DNA of 62,554 nucleotides, the filler included, from Rhabdomonas costata (taxonomy: Eukaryota), in assembly GCA_019059605.1 (NCBI GenBank). It is 32 parts of 32 records of this genome, joined end to end, with 100 filler letters (N's around TTAATTAATTAA, not from the genome) between each part and the next. Parts side by side here need not be neighbours in the genome. Positions count along the whole stretch, not along the records: positions 11,757 to 13,615 come from JAHMHO010008101.1; positions 13,716 to 15,574 come from JAHMHO010008102.1; positions 15,675 to 17,533 come from JAHMHO010008103.1; positions 17,634 to 19,492 come from JAHMHO010008104.1; positions 19,593 to 21,451 come from JAHMHO010008105.1; positions 21,552 to 23,410 come from JAHMHO010008106.1; positions 23,511 to 25,364 come from JAHMHO010008107.1; 25 more parts are not named here. One strand, written 5' to 3'. Every line of letters starts with the position of its first letter. The first letter of the stretch is position 1. The notes under the pieces are model-generated. The model was not told where the DNA came from, did not search any database, and was given only the letters and a program-made list of their open reading frames with translations. Positions 13,280 to 24,922 of the stretch are shown piece by piece. Position numbers and translations under genes: made by a program.

Positions 13280-13721
13280 GTTCACCCCCACCCCTGGACG
13301 CTCTCTTCTGTCCTTTAGCTCTATTCTTCCTTATTACTGTTCCCTAACTTATTTTTTTTACTGTAACCGTAACCGTAACCGCAACGCGCGCTGAACTTCA
13401 TGGCTGGTGGTATCATAGCACTTTTGGCCGCTTCCTCTCGGCGTCTCCGAACAGCAGCTTTGAAAGCCAAGAGAGTTGGGAGGGTTCTTTTTTATTTTCT
13501 TGCTTTTTGCATCTCAGCTCCAAGGAAACGAATTATCAATGCAGCGCTAACTTGCATTGATTCCCGCAGCCCGGTCGGAATCACACCTGAAAGCTTGTGT
13601 TGGATGTAATGGGGANNNNNNNNNNNNNNNNNNNNNNNNNNNNNNNNNNNNNNNNNNNNTTAATTAATTAANNNNNNNNNNNNNNNNNNNNNNNNNNNNN
13701 NNNNNNNNNNNNNNNTTTGGG

Positions 13722-14626
13722 TGCTGCACCACCAGCCGGACGTTTACGTCGGCTTCCAGGAGGGCCCTCTGGATCTCCTTCAGCATCTCATCGACGACAG
13801 TGTCGTCGAGGAGAGTGCAGTTCTTCTGAAGAAAAATGGGGTGCTGTGGCGGCGAGCTATATCCCTTCTGGTTCCATCTTTTCGTTTTTCTTTTACCAAA
13901 CGCTTCCAGTTCTCAATCTTGCTAACCTGAGTTGATACAGGTTTCGGGTCTTGTAAAGCATTTTGTATGCGTGTGTGTCTGTGTATGTGAGAGTGGTGAG
14001 AGGGTACCCGGCACCAGTGGCATCACTGGTACCCATCCAAAGCCCCCCCAAAATTAAGTGATCCAACTTTAAATCCCATGACATCCTGAAAAACCCACGG
14101 GGCACGTGCATTGCTCCCTAACCTCTTGCAAAGCTTCTGTTGGGAACCCAGGGGAATCGTTCGCTTTCATCCCAACAAGCGTACCCAGGTACCAATTGTG
14201 CCGAGGCACCAATGGTACGCCCCCCCTCCTCTACAAGAGTCCAGGTTTCCTCAGTAGTCTACTTCTCTACAGGCTCTACTTCAGGCTGATAAGAACACTG
14301 TGTGTTTACAAGTGTGTTGTGCTGAGCTGCGCTATGCCTTCGTGAAAAGGTCATTTGCCCCTCCCCACAGAAGAAGGTAGCCTACGCTCAATCTACAGGC
14401 CTTTTATTGACGAAGATATGAATGTTTGGAGTATGGACAAACGGAAGAGTGCATTGGACAACGGAAACATCGGCCAGATCTTGCTTGCTCAAGGGGACAA
14501 AAAAACACTCTTTTCACAAATTAATGACGCGTGGTGTGTGAGCAATGGGAGTAGGGGCAATGCACACAAACGTACCATTGTGCTGAGGGCCTTCGTAATC
14601 TTGCTTCCTAGCTCGGCTAACACCAT
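13722..14626 (-). CDS. SRP54: Signal recognition particle 54 kDa subunit, N-terminus; exons 14626-14576 and 13825-~13722
   Basis: MVLAELGSKITKALSTM|KNCTLLDDTVVDEMLKEIQRALLEADVNVRLV, the canonical eukaryotic SRP54 start; GT-AG intron. Confidence 0.93.
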
Positions 14627-15361
14627 TTTCGATGCAAAATTGGGAAAGTGGCAAAAAAAAAAACAGAGAAGAAAAAGGCTGGTAAAGGAAAGTATCAGAG
14701 GACAATGTGAGGAGTCCTATAAATACGAATTCATCGACAATATAACTTGAAAACATTACATCGCATAACTTGCATTGCTTATTATGAAAGTGGTGAAGTC
14801 CTTTCCTTGGTTCTGCTCTGGTGAAAGGTTACTTTCACAAAGGAAAACTCCAGCCAACCACCCCGCATCATAACTGCTTTTTTAAAAGCCCACTTATGGG
14901 AAAACGCACAGTAGGAACCATTCGAAGACTGTCCTTCTCTCCCTAATCCACGCGTTAGGCATTGGGCTAACAACCACAAAGAGCCCACGAGCCCATAGAG
15001 TGACGAGCGCGGTCTTGCAGAAGGTATCGGCGGAAAACCACAAATCAAACCCAACAACAAAAGGCCAACTAAGCACAAGGGGGGGCGGCGGGGGGTTCTC
15101 TTGCCCTCCGGGCCTCGGTAGAGAAAGCTGCTGCGCCAGTACAGAACAATACAGTACAGGGCCTCAGTTGCATCCGCTTTTGGCTTTCTTACAGCGCAAA
15201 AGAAAAAAGTAACAAAATGGGCAGTGGTTGCTCATGTGATGATGGCCCTCTGCAAGCACCACGCCGGACGCGCTGACCAACAAAACCTCTCTTCTTGGGT
15301 CACGCACACCCATGCCAACACGCAAAGTACAAAGCCCCACGTCCAAAAGAGAAGGGATAGG

Positions 15362-15553
15362 CTACGGCTTAGCTAGTGTTGCCACAGTGTTAGCCACTTT
15401 CTGACGAACGGCTTCCCAATCCAAGGGACCGGGGACCTCCAGGATCTTTTCCACGGGGCCCGGTTCGTCCAGGGTGGGTCTGCGCAGCAGCGAGGCGATG
15501 GCCCGAAGCGAAAGCCCCGCCGAGGCTCCGATTTGGATCACCATCGTGGCGAC
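15362..15553 (-). CDS. Terminal exon of a hypothetical protein upstream of SRP54
   Basis: tttgtag acceptor followed by a GC3-rich open frame VATMVIQIGASAG...LAKP-stop. Confidence 0.45.
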   Translation of the reverse strand, partial: VATMVIQIGASAGLSLRAIASLLRRPTLDEPGPVEKILEVPGPLDWEAVRQKVANTVATLAKP

Positions 15554-15925
15554 CTACAAAACGACCCCACCACCNNNNNNNNNNNNNNNNNNNNNNNNNN
15601 NNNNNNNNNNNNNNNNNNTTAATTAATTAANNNNNNNNNNNNNNNNNNNNNNNNNNNNNNNNNNNNNNNNNNNNTTTGTGTGTGTTTGGTGTGGGTGGGT
15701 TTGGTGACGCGTGGGAGGTAACGCGGGAGGCAGGTATAATTTGTCAGCCGTACGCCATGATTGCACAGGAGTGCTAGCAAGCATTGGGATAGGAAATGAG
15801 ACCGGCTGAATTCGCGGTAACTCATGTTTTCAGGGAACACAGAGATCTGATGGCCTGTGACGCGTTTTCCAAGGGTTCCATATGAAGCAACGAGGCAACT
15901 CCATCACGGGTCCGTAAAAGCATAC

Positions 15926-16774
15926 TAGTCCAGCCCGTCGAAGGCGAAGTCAATCTGCTCCTGCTCAGTACCCCGAAAAAGGATCCGAATACCTGCAAGA
16001 TAAGCAACGCAACAGGCAGAAGTGGGCCATGTCATGGATGGATGGTTGGGGAGGGGTCACAGTGGAAGGCAGCGGAGACAAGACCTGCGGTAAACTCCTC
16101 AAGGTCAACAGATTCGTTGTGGTCACGGTCGAAGACACTGAAGATGGTCTGAAGCTGAGAAAACCATGTGAAAGAAAATCGCAATCTCTCAATGGGTGGG
16201 CCTTTTTCATTCGCAAGGGGTGAAAGGAAGGCTCCAGCCATCAAACCGTCAATGAGCGGTGGCAAAAAATCGCCTGAGGCCCCCATGTCATGGGAATACC
16301 AAAACACGCACTTTGTGCACAGGGCAATGTTTGCTGTAGGTCGTTTCTGCCTCCAGCGGGCTTTCAAATACTCTCCCGTAGCGTGGCCGCTACTCGGGGT
16401 GCGGATCAACCCTCTTCTGCTACGCAGAGGTTCGTGGGACACCTCCCTCCAAAACACATGCACATGCAAAATCAGGTGCAGGGGCGATTCAACTCCAATG
16501 CTGTCGACAGGTGTCGATTGAAGACCAAAGCCGAAGTGCCGGATCACAAAAAACTGGAAAACAATGCAAAAACAATGTTGCATAATTCGCCTCCCTAACC
16601 CTCTGCTTTCTATTGAAAATAAAGCATGTGCCACAGACCACCGCACTCTCTGCAACAACAAAAAGGAGATGGTGCGCCCACCTGAAGTTGCTGCTCCTGT
16701 GGGCATTCCTGGTCCCCAAAGCATGTCTTTAGAACCCGCACAAACGCGTCCCGGGACAAGACGTTCTCCTTGGC
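15926..16774 (-). CDS. EF-hand calcium sensor (NCS/calcineurin-B-like), exons 16774-16682, 16148-16085, 15992-15926
   Basis: LSRDAFVRVLKTCF...TIFSVFDRDHNESVDLEEFTAGIRILFRGTEQEQIDFAFDGLD matches the NCS/CBL EF2-EF3 pattern; GT-AG junctions. Confidence 0.75.
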
Positions 16775-17461
16775 CTGAGTAGAAAAACTGCCCCAAGGTG
16801 CCCCAAGGGCAGAATCAAACTGTGGTTCAGAGATCCGACAAGTTTTTGTGTTCTAACGGCAAGACGAAAAATATGCCTCAACAAAAAATGAAAGGCCGCG
16901 ATAGGCAAACACCGACCAACAACGAAAATGCTGCACGAAGGAAGGAAACCGGGCTGTAAAAAATCTGCCTTTTTCCTTTGAGGTGTCAGTGTCCGTGGAG
17001 CAGGCAAATACTACGAACCAAACAACGAACAAACCAACCAAGTTCTTTGTCAAGCTCTGGAAGGTAACCCGTGGATACAGCGACACATCACAGCATCAAA
17101 GGGCCAACAACTTTTGTAAATCAGCACATGCGACTGCAAGAGTGGGAATTTTCACAAAGAGTATCTACATAATAGGACGCCTCGATGCAGTCGGTTTCCG
17201 TTTCCCCATTGGTCCGAAAAGGGAACATGGCAGCAAAGATAATTGCTGGCTAACGTACCTCAGTGGCAAATTGCCTCTTGAGAAAATTTATGGCGTCTCC
17301 AGAACCGAAGTCCAGCGATGGGCAACCACCTTGATCTGTGCAGAGGAAATGTTCCCACGCCTCCCCTCCTCTCCCTTCACGGCTGGAAAAAAGCACAGTA
17401 TAGAGGCAACTTTGAACTTGCCATTTGCAAATGATGGGTGTTGGTCTGGTTTGCGAGGGGC

Positions 17462-17533
17462 GGGGAGCCCAAGCACCGAAAAACAACCTGTGAGGCACCT
17501 CAAACGTTGTTTTTCGGTGCTTGGGCTCCCCAC
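17462..17533. repeat. Terminal fold-back inverted repeat; similar hairpins at 17634-17792, 23254-23403, 41125-41207, 54639-54724, 56795-57044
   Basis: Near-perfect arms of about 25-70 bp with a spacer, always touching a contig end. Confidence 0.85.
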
Positions 17534-17807
17534 NNNNNNNNNNNNNNNNNNNNNNNNNNNNNNNNNNNNNNNNNNNNTTAATTAATTAANNNNNNNNNNN
17601 NNNNNNNNNNNNNNNNNNNNNNNNNNNNNNNNNGTGTGGGGTGCGAGTGTGGTGGCTAAGTTGTAGAGTATGCATTACAGGCACGTTTATGCTTCAGATT
17701 TCTTGCTTCTCTTCTCAATCAACGACATCTGAAGCATAAACGTGCCTGTAATGCATACTCTACAACTTACCCACCACACTCGCACCCCGCACGAACGGAG
17801 AAGCAAC

Positions 17808-19460
17808 CTAGAGGGAGCGCCCACCACCAGAGTGGAGCCGACCATCGCCAAAGCATGCCCGAAGTCGGCCAAAGAGTTGTTCACGGAGGAGTTCACCACT
17901 TGCTGCAGGGGAGTAGGAGGAGCGCACGTATGGGCTCTGCATGGTGCTTTACGCTATCTGCCTTGTCAATCGATCTTTTGGCATTGGGTGGTAAAAAAAT
18001 GACTCTCCGCGGTCAAAAAAACGCCAGCACGTGTCGAAAAATAGCACAACTTGTGCCAAAATTATTTTAACAACCCAGTGCCAAAATTTGACAACTGAGA
18101 GCCAAAATAGGTGAACGCCGACTGTAATGCAACCGAATCATGGCCGTGGTATCCTTCACCGACAATCCGCAGTTAGGGGCCCCACGCTGAATCTAATTGG
18201 GGTGTGAGCGATTGAAGGTGGACCACAACCTGCTGTGTCCACTGCCCAGAAACTGCATTTTTGGTGAAAGTCACCACGTAGTCATTGGGGATGTAGGTCA
18301 AGTCTGAGGTTGCAGGAGTCTCAGCGAAGATGTGCGTCCCCCTCACGTTGGTGAAGGTTTCACCCGGGCGACGAATGGCCGACCCAACGGCAATGACGTC
18401 CTGCGGAGCAACATCCCCACCCCACTCCCAAACTGAGCGCAAGATCTAACAAAACCACCGCAAACACGAGCCATCAGCTTCGCTCAAGTAAGTCACAATA
18501 TTGTCCAGTGCCCGCAAGGAAGCGTGGGGGCAATAGCAAATGGAAAAGCGGAGGTATGTTAGTGAGCGTCCGTGCGTTGACCACCACAAGAAAAGGATCG
18601 CCGACACACTAAAAGCAAAGGTCAATAGAAAAAATCAACAGGTTTAGGGGGTCTTTGCAAGGTCGAAGGAGCATCTTAAAATGCACATGACCCCGTCTCT
18701 GGCTGTGTATGAGATGACATGATGGGAGGTGAAGGAGGACACAATACCCCATTTGAGGCCAAAGAACGGCCAAACCCCACCACGCCATAGGGCCAGACTT
18801 CGTTGGCCTCCAAGCTCATGGCCGGAACCAGCGACACGGGCCCCAAACCCCCGCTCCATTTCCAACACCCCCGCTGCCCATAGGCTTGATACACGAAGGC
18901 GGCCCCTCTGCCGTTCTTGTCTGTGTGAGCGCGTTTGGAAAATGGAGCCAGGCAGCAGACCCTGTGGCTTCATCCATTCTGAAGGCGCTCTCCAATATTC
19001 CGCGGCTCCCACGTGAATTGAACCCCGGAAGTGACCGTTCAGGGCCCCCCAGCCACTGTTGTAAACCCTCTCTCATACTCACTGTGAACGCAGTAAATCT
19101 GGTTGAGGGCACGAGGATGAACCCCATCCATCCCTCTTTTAAACTAAAGTTCTGAATGGATACATTAGAAAAGACAGGGAACGGTTTCCCTACTTGGGAA
19201 AGAGCAGTACTGCCATGCAACTCCCAAAGCAATGCAACACGGAACCGTTTTCGGCGCCGCTCCGGCGTTGGGGCTTCGCTCACACTCCCAGAAGCTCAAC
19301 TCCTGAGCTCTCCTCCCTGGGCTCCCCGCCCTCGATGGAGCACGGGCCTCACCCCTTTTCTGTCTCCGCGATGCATCGCTGCCTCGGGTACTCTCCCCCG
19401 TCTCGCAAGGTTGGTGTCCCCCTCGAGCGACGATGGTGTACGCGGCCTTGGGAACCCCGA
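17808..19460 (-). CDS. FG-GAP repeat (integrin-alpha-type beta-propeller) protein, exons ~19460-19392, 18920-18748, 18400-18230, 17902-17808
   Basis: VGVP...GRGAAFVY...FGRSLASNG|DVIAVGS...VVTFTKNAVSGQWTQQ|QVV...DFGHALAMVGSTLVVGAP gives successive FG-GAP units across GT-AG junctions. Confidence 0.75.
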
Positions 19461-20587
19461 CTGGGGAGGTTTGGGGCGCACCCCCCACACCCNNNNNNNN
19501 NNNNNNNNNNNNNNNNNNNNNNNNNNNNNNNNNNNNTTAATTAATTAANNNNNNNNNNNNNNNNNNNNNNNNNNNNNNNNNNNNNNNNNNNNGTTGGGGG
19601 ATCGTTGCCATCGCGACCCTTTTGGGGTAGGAGTGCGGAAACGTGGCGATTCTTCATGACATGTCTTGTGCTTTATATGCTGGTACCTCGGGTCTACCCT
19701 TCAGGTTCGGTGGTCTCATTTCGCCTGACCAATCGTCAGTCTACTCACCAACAATTATCCTTGTGCCATTGGCCGCATTGTTTGTCGTGTCGCCGTGTGT
19801 GTTGACCCTTGTGCGAGCATCCTCGTTAAGGTATACAACATACTATTGTTTAGATCTCGACCTTCTGCGCCCCGGGATGGAGGATGTCCTGTACAATCAC
19901 TGGCTGAGAGCCGCTTGGCACCCCTTTCCCCGCTGACGGCGTCCTCGGTGGGAGGCATCTTTGGAAGTTATGCCTGTGAGCCTGCATCTGGGCTTGAACT
20001 AGACCTCAACCTCGCAACCATTCGCAGGTATAGCGACAAAAAGCTTTATTATTCTTTCTTCTCTCTGGTGTGTGTTCTTGCTTGGTTCTTTGATCTGATA
20101 CGAGGCACCCTCCCAGTCCATCTGTTCAGCAACACTTCGCGCTGTTGTGGCACCTTTGCATTCGCGCTTTTTTCGTTAGGATATACGAGCATTTTTCGAC
20201 TTGTCTTTGACATAAAGGCTTAAGTTGGACCACGTGTACAGGAGCTCAATTTTCGGCAGATTTGCTACGGGAACTTTGGGGGCTGGGTCCAGGTTCTTTT
20301 TGACACCGGCAGTGCTCGACAGTCCTTTTTCGGCCCACCCCATTAACGGGTGTCAACCGACCATTCTGCCCAAGTTATGGTATTGACGTCGAAATTTGTT
20401 TCGGATCTTCGTTTCCATGACCCACTGAAGATCCATCTTTGAGAGTCACGATGCATTTTTAAGCCAGCACCTTGGCCTACTTGTCAGTGTCTCTCTTAGT
20501 GGTGGTGTTAAACTTCACGAAACATCGACAGCGATAGCTTAGGCTGGCACACCGCTTCACGCCCCTGATGTTTTTCTGTATGATCAG

Positions 20588-20762
20588 GCGGTTGAGCGCA
20601 GTTGACACGGAATCTAATCCCCCTAGCTCCACGTGTTTCCGCCGGAGCGTCGACGGCGAAACGTGCGTCACGGAGAAGCCCCTGGTGATTGTGCTGGTCG
20701 ATGACAACCGGATCAACCTGCTGCTTCTGCGGAAGATGGTGCAGCTGACACTGACCTGCAAC
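20588..20762 (+). CDS. Exon encoding the start of a response-regulator receiver domain (hybrid histidine-kinase type)
   Basis: LVIVLVDDNRINLLLLRKMV matches ILxVDDNxINxxxxxxML; flanked by cag acceptor and gtatat donor. Confidence 0.7.
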
Positions 20763-21551
20763 GTATATCTACTAATGATTCTTCTGGATTTGTTTTCGCC
20801 TTCTTTTTGTCGCGGTTGACTTTGATAGGAGATAAGAAATGGTTCGATTTGCGGACCGTTTGCTATTTCTTCTGCACAATAATAATAGTAGTATTGGTTG
20901 CCCACAGCTTCACGAGAAACTTGGGGGCTACCAGCACCCCTATCCCGGCTATATTTCCTACCCCTGAATGGCTGAATTGCTCATAGGCTGACAATGGAGA
21001 GACTCCAATGCACACAGGGGTGGGCTGTACGATGGTGAGGTTATATGGCTGTGGAAGCAAGGCTAGATAGGGCCGCTTCAGGGATACGGCTGCATATAAC
21101 GTGGAGGAGTAGCGGTATTTTACAGTCACTTTCAAGGATTTTTACAAGGGTTGCAGTTTCGGACCTTCCCAAATTTGCGGACAAGCCCACATACCGAAAC
21201 TTTCCTTCTGCACAGTATATGTCAGAGCCTAAAGTCGCCTAAGGGAACATTCCCACCTGAGAGCGGAAAAAGTGCAATCGAGCACAGGGTAACTTCGACC
21301 ACATCATTCAAAATCTGTTGCAGCCCAGGATGGGTGGACACCATTGTCCAAGAACACTGATACTCGCAATTTTATGACCTGAACACTCTCTTAGCAATAA
21401 TATCCCACGCAGGTTCACATCTGTGAAGGCGGCAGGCAGGCCACAAACACANNNNNNNNNNNNNNNNNNNNNNNNNNNNNNNNNNNNNNNNNNNNTTAAT
21501 TAATTAANNNNNNNNNNNNNNNNNNNNNNNNNNNNNNNNNNNNNNNNNNNN

Positions 21552-22302
21552 GGGTGGTTGGCGTGAAGAGCAAGGTGCACCTCAAAGCGCTGCACAAGGG
21601 GTGCCCCCAAGGTGCGCTCCAGCTCCTCCGCGGCCTGTACGGATCGGCAAGGAGGGAAGGTAAGCGCACGTAAGCGCACGCACACAGCAGCCCGACATGC
21701 AACGGATTCAGGCAAACGGCGCTCATCCTGACTGCAATCGGGAGTCATGGGGTTGACGCAACGGGATCCGACGAGCGGTTTTGAAACAATGAGCGCCTTT
21801 GCAAACTCACGATAAAGGGAGTGAGGTGGGCGATGCTTAGGATTAGGGGCTAGGGGCTAGGTTTGAGGTTGGGTCAGCGTTACAGTTGGGGTCAGGTTCA
21901 GGGCATCCTGCGGTATTTAATTTAAGGCGAGCATGGAGATGCTTCAGCAGCACCAAAAGGAATGGGGTCAGAGGAAGGAGCGGTAGAGGCCTCAACCTCA
22001 GTGGGCAGCCCCAGCTGTCTAGCCCTGCGGCACATCCGGTAAAGGTGCCGCGGGGTGGGCGCTGCCTGCGCCACGTTGGAAGCGGTGATCCGCAGGCTCT
22101 CCGGAAGGTGTCCCGAAGTACCCTGCTGTGCCCGGGCCGCGGCCAGGAGGGTCTCCCCGTCGCAGTGCCACCGCACCTCGGCGGGGCTATGAAGGTGCTC
22201 CGACAGCGCTGCGAGGGAGGCATAGACGTCCGCTTCGCTGTCCGCCTCAGCCAAGACGTAGTACGGGGCGCTCTTGGTGATCACCCGGTACTCATGGGGT
22301 AC
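21552..22302 (-). CDS. Hypothetical protein, internal exons 22302-21997 and 21634-21552
   Basis: ttgcag acceptor, GC3-rich frame VPHEYRVITKSAPYYVLAEAD...RARQLGLPTE|AAEELERTLGAPLVQRFEVHLALHAN, phase-consistent GT-AG intron. Confidence 0.55.
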
Positions 22303-22660
22303 CTGCAAGCCCAAATGTACCCACACCGTCCAAGAGAAGCAGCAAAACGGCGAAAGCTAACAAAAATGAAAACTAGCACAACCTCAGATGGTAGACAGCC
22401 GAAAATGCCTCATTCAACTGATAGTGCGCATAACTTGCATTGGCGGGGGGCGCGGTTATGCGGTTATACATCACCATATGCATCACATTTAACCCTACTA
22501 TACCCCACACTGTTAACATACGAAGGGCACAAGGCAAACGTTCGGATAATTATTTTCTTTCGCTGGTGACGCTCCCTTTGTTCTCTTGTATTCCAATTGT
22601 GCATTTCAATTAGTGGTTGTGTGGAGTTTCTGTCCCACTGCCATTTGTGCTTTGTGACAG

Positions 22661-22835
22661 GTACAGGGGGAAGCGGCGGTAATCAGGTGCGGTCCAGCTA
22701 TGTTCAGCTGCACTGTGAGGGGGTGGAGGCCCGCACCAGCATTGTGAGTGGCGCCGCAGAGCCGCGGTGGTCGGAGCAGTTCCTGTTCCCCGTGGTCCAC
22801 TCCCCCTTGGCGTCTCCCTCGGAGCGCTCTCTCAG
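22661..22835 (+). CDS. C2-domain exon
   Basis: SSYVQLHCEGVEARTSIVSGAAEPRWSEQFLFPV matches C2 PYV...(K/R)TxV.....PxWxExFxFxV; AG and GT flanks. Confidence 0.65.
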
Positions 22836-24511
22836 GTCTCTTTCGTGAGGAGTTCTTCCCATAAGGGGTTGGGGCACGTCCTATCGCGAAATACGGCGTG
22901 AGAGTCTGTTACCCATCATCTCTGTCTTTCCTCCTTCCTTACATTCCTTAGCAGCACTTAGGAGCAGCTAAGGTTTGATGCGTAAATTAGGCACTTTGTG
23001 AGATTTGCACACCAGGTTCTTTTCGACCCCTAATACTTTTGAAATGCAGAACTCCAAATTCATTTTCTGTTTCGTTTCATTAAAATTACCTCGTACGGCG
23101 ATGGTGGGCCACCTCTGGTGCTCGTACATCCTGACCCGTTATTTGCAATTTTTCAGCTTTTCCTGGTGACATCCCAGTGGAACCATTCCAAAATCACTGT
23201 CGACAGACGCAGGAGGTTATGTATTTCTACCTTTTCACAGGGCAGGGGGATTTCGGGATCAGTTAGAGGGCTTCGGGATATTGGAGGTCGGGAGAAATGG
23301 ATTCTTGATCAATGAGTGAATACTGGTGCTCTGGTTGAGCGGTCATTGATCAAGAATCCATTTCTCCCGACCTCCAATATCCCGAAGCCCTCTAACTGAT
23401 CCCAAAAACCNNNNNNNNNNNNNNNNNNNNNNNNNNNNNNNNNNNNNNNNNNNNTTAATTAATTAANNNNNNNNNNNNNNNNNNNNNNNNNNNNNNNNNN
23501 NNNNNNNNNNCGTGGAGGGAGGGGAGGTCTGCACCAGCCCTTGTGGGCAATACGCGCGGGCCGTTGTACTTGCGCGCTGCTGGGAAAGTGTAGGGATGGA
23601 AAAACACCCTCTCCCTGTACTTTTGACTATGAGCTTGTGGCTGGTTCGCTCCCGCAAGCGCCGCCTTTGGTGTGTTGTTCTTGTTTTTCCTTCTTAAGCC
23701 ATACAAAAAGCAAGCACGGTGGGTCCAAAAGTGTTTGGGAAAGGTTGCCCGTGTTTATTGTTGGCCGCTCCTCTGAAAGCCTAGCCATGTGGTGTGCGGG
23801 GGCAATCAAGTTGCTGAGCTTTTCTGGTCATTGTGTGAAAAAATGGAGTGGCAATGGCAATATTTCAGTGTCCCACCCCCACCAGCCATTCCTTTTGCGC
23901 TTCAAAAGGCAAGTGACACTCAGCAGGACAAGATTCCGATTCAACGATACGTTTCAATGAGTATGGGTCAGCGACCTCCAGACCGATGTCGTTTAACGCC
24001 GCTGAGCTGTAGTCGTCATAGCCCACCCGTTCAAAACCGTCGCTGACGAGAAGGGCGCTGCGGAGTTTCAAATGCATCATTTTCCCAGCAGGCAAAGCAA
24101 AGAGTAGTTCGGTGGTTGCGAACGGAGGTGAAGGTCAACCAGGGATGAAGATTGGGAAGGGAAAACGCACTTGGGGGTGCGTAATGAAGAAGACGCAAAA
24201 CGCTGTTGAGATATGATGGGCTTGGAAAGAATACTGGGTGTCAAAATCAAACACGCTGGTGTGGAACAAAGCAAGCAACAAATTGAGTGAGGATTGTATA
24301 GTGAGTGAGCGCCAAGGCTCCTTTCCTGAGCTGATTCTCGGACGTTTTAAGAAATAATGTGCAGTGGCCGCCGGACCAAAATCCAGGCGCCAACCTCATT
24401 GTACCTTTCTCCTGCCCCGTTTTTTTCGCAGGCTTTTCGTTTATGTTTTGAGCGTGTTTCAGAACATTCACCCCGGCAGACAACTCTCGAACCAGCGTTG
24501 GTGAACTGTGG

Positions 24512-24922
24512 ATGGTGACCCTCACCCTCTCCCCTTTTCTCCGAGGAATGGTTTTGCTCATCATGGTCCTGTGCCTGCTGATGGTAATGTCCCCACCATC
24601 GGGCCGCCTATGGTGGGGCCTCACCATGGCCTACCCTTCGGGAATGAAAATCCCTCTAGTTCATGACGTCTGCCGCAACCGCACCGTTATTGGATGGGAC
24701 CCTTCTCTGAGCCTTCCCACAGGGAAGTGCTGGAGCCGCAACGGGCCGGAGGTAATCTGGACTTGGCTGGACCAGGCCTGCGTGCGCGGCAATGGCAGCA
24801 GCGTCAACCTGCCAGAACTGGGGATGACTCTAGGGGTGCGGTGCCGACCCCGGGTGCCGCCGTCAGGAATTCCCGCAGTGGACTTCACGTTTCGGATCGG
24901 AAGTGTGATGCCTCCGCTGTGA
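24512..24922 (+). CDS. Hypothetical protein with N-terminal hydrophobic signal/anchor (probable first exon)
   Basis: ATG-initiated GC-rich ORF starting MVTLTLSPFLRGMVLLIMVLCLLMVM; no recognised domain. Confidence 0.4.
   Translation: MVTLTLSPFLRGMVLLIMVLCLLMVMSPPSGRLWWGLTMAYPSGMKIPLVHDVCRNRTVIGWDPSLSLPTGKCWSRNGPEVIWTWLDQACVRGNGSSVNLPELGMTLGVRCRPRVPPSGIPAVDFTFRIGSVMPPL

Noticed and set aside
15900-15935. In-frame TAG in the EF-hand gene as stop-codon reassignment
   Set aside because: TA|GTATGC is a good donor site, and other genes here end in normal TAA/TAG with no internal stops.
21886-22569. 227-aa plus-strand ORF
   Set aside because: Antisense shadow of the GC-rich minus-strand exon plus intron sequence.
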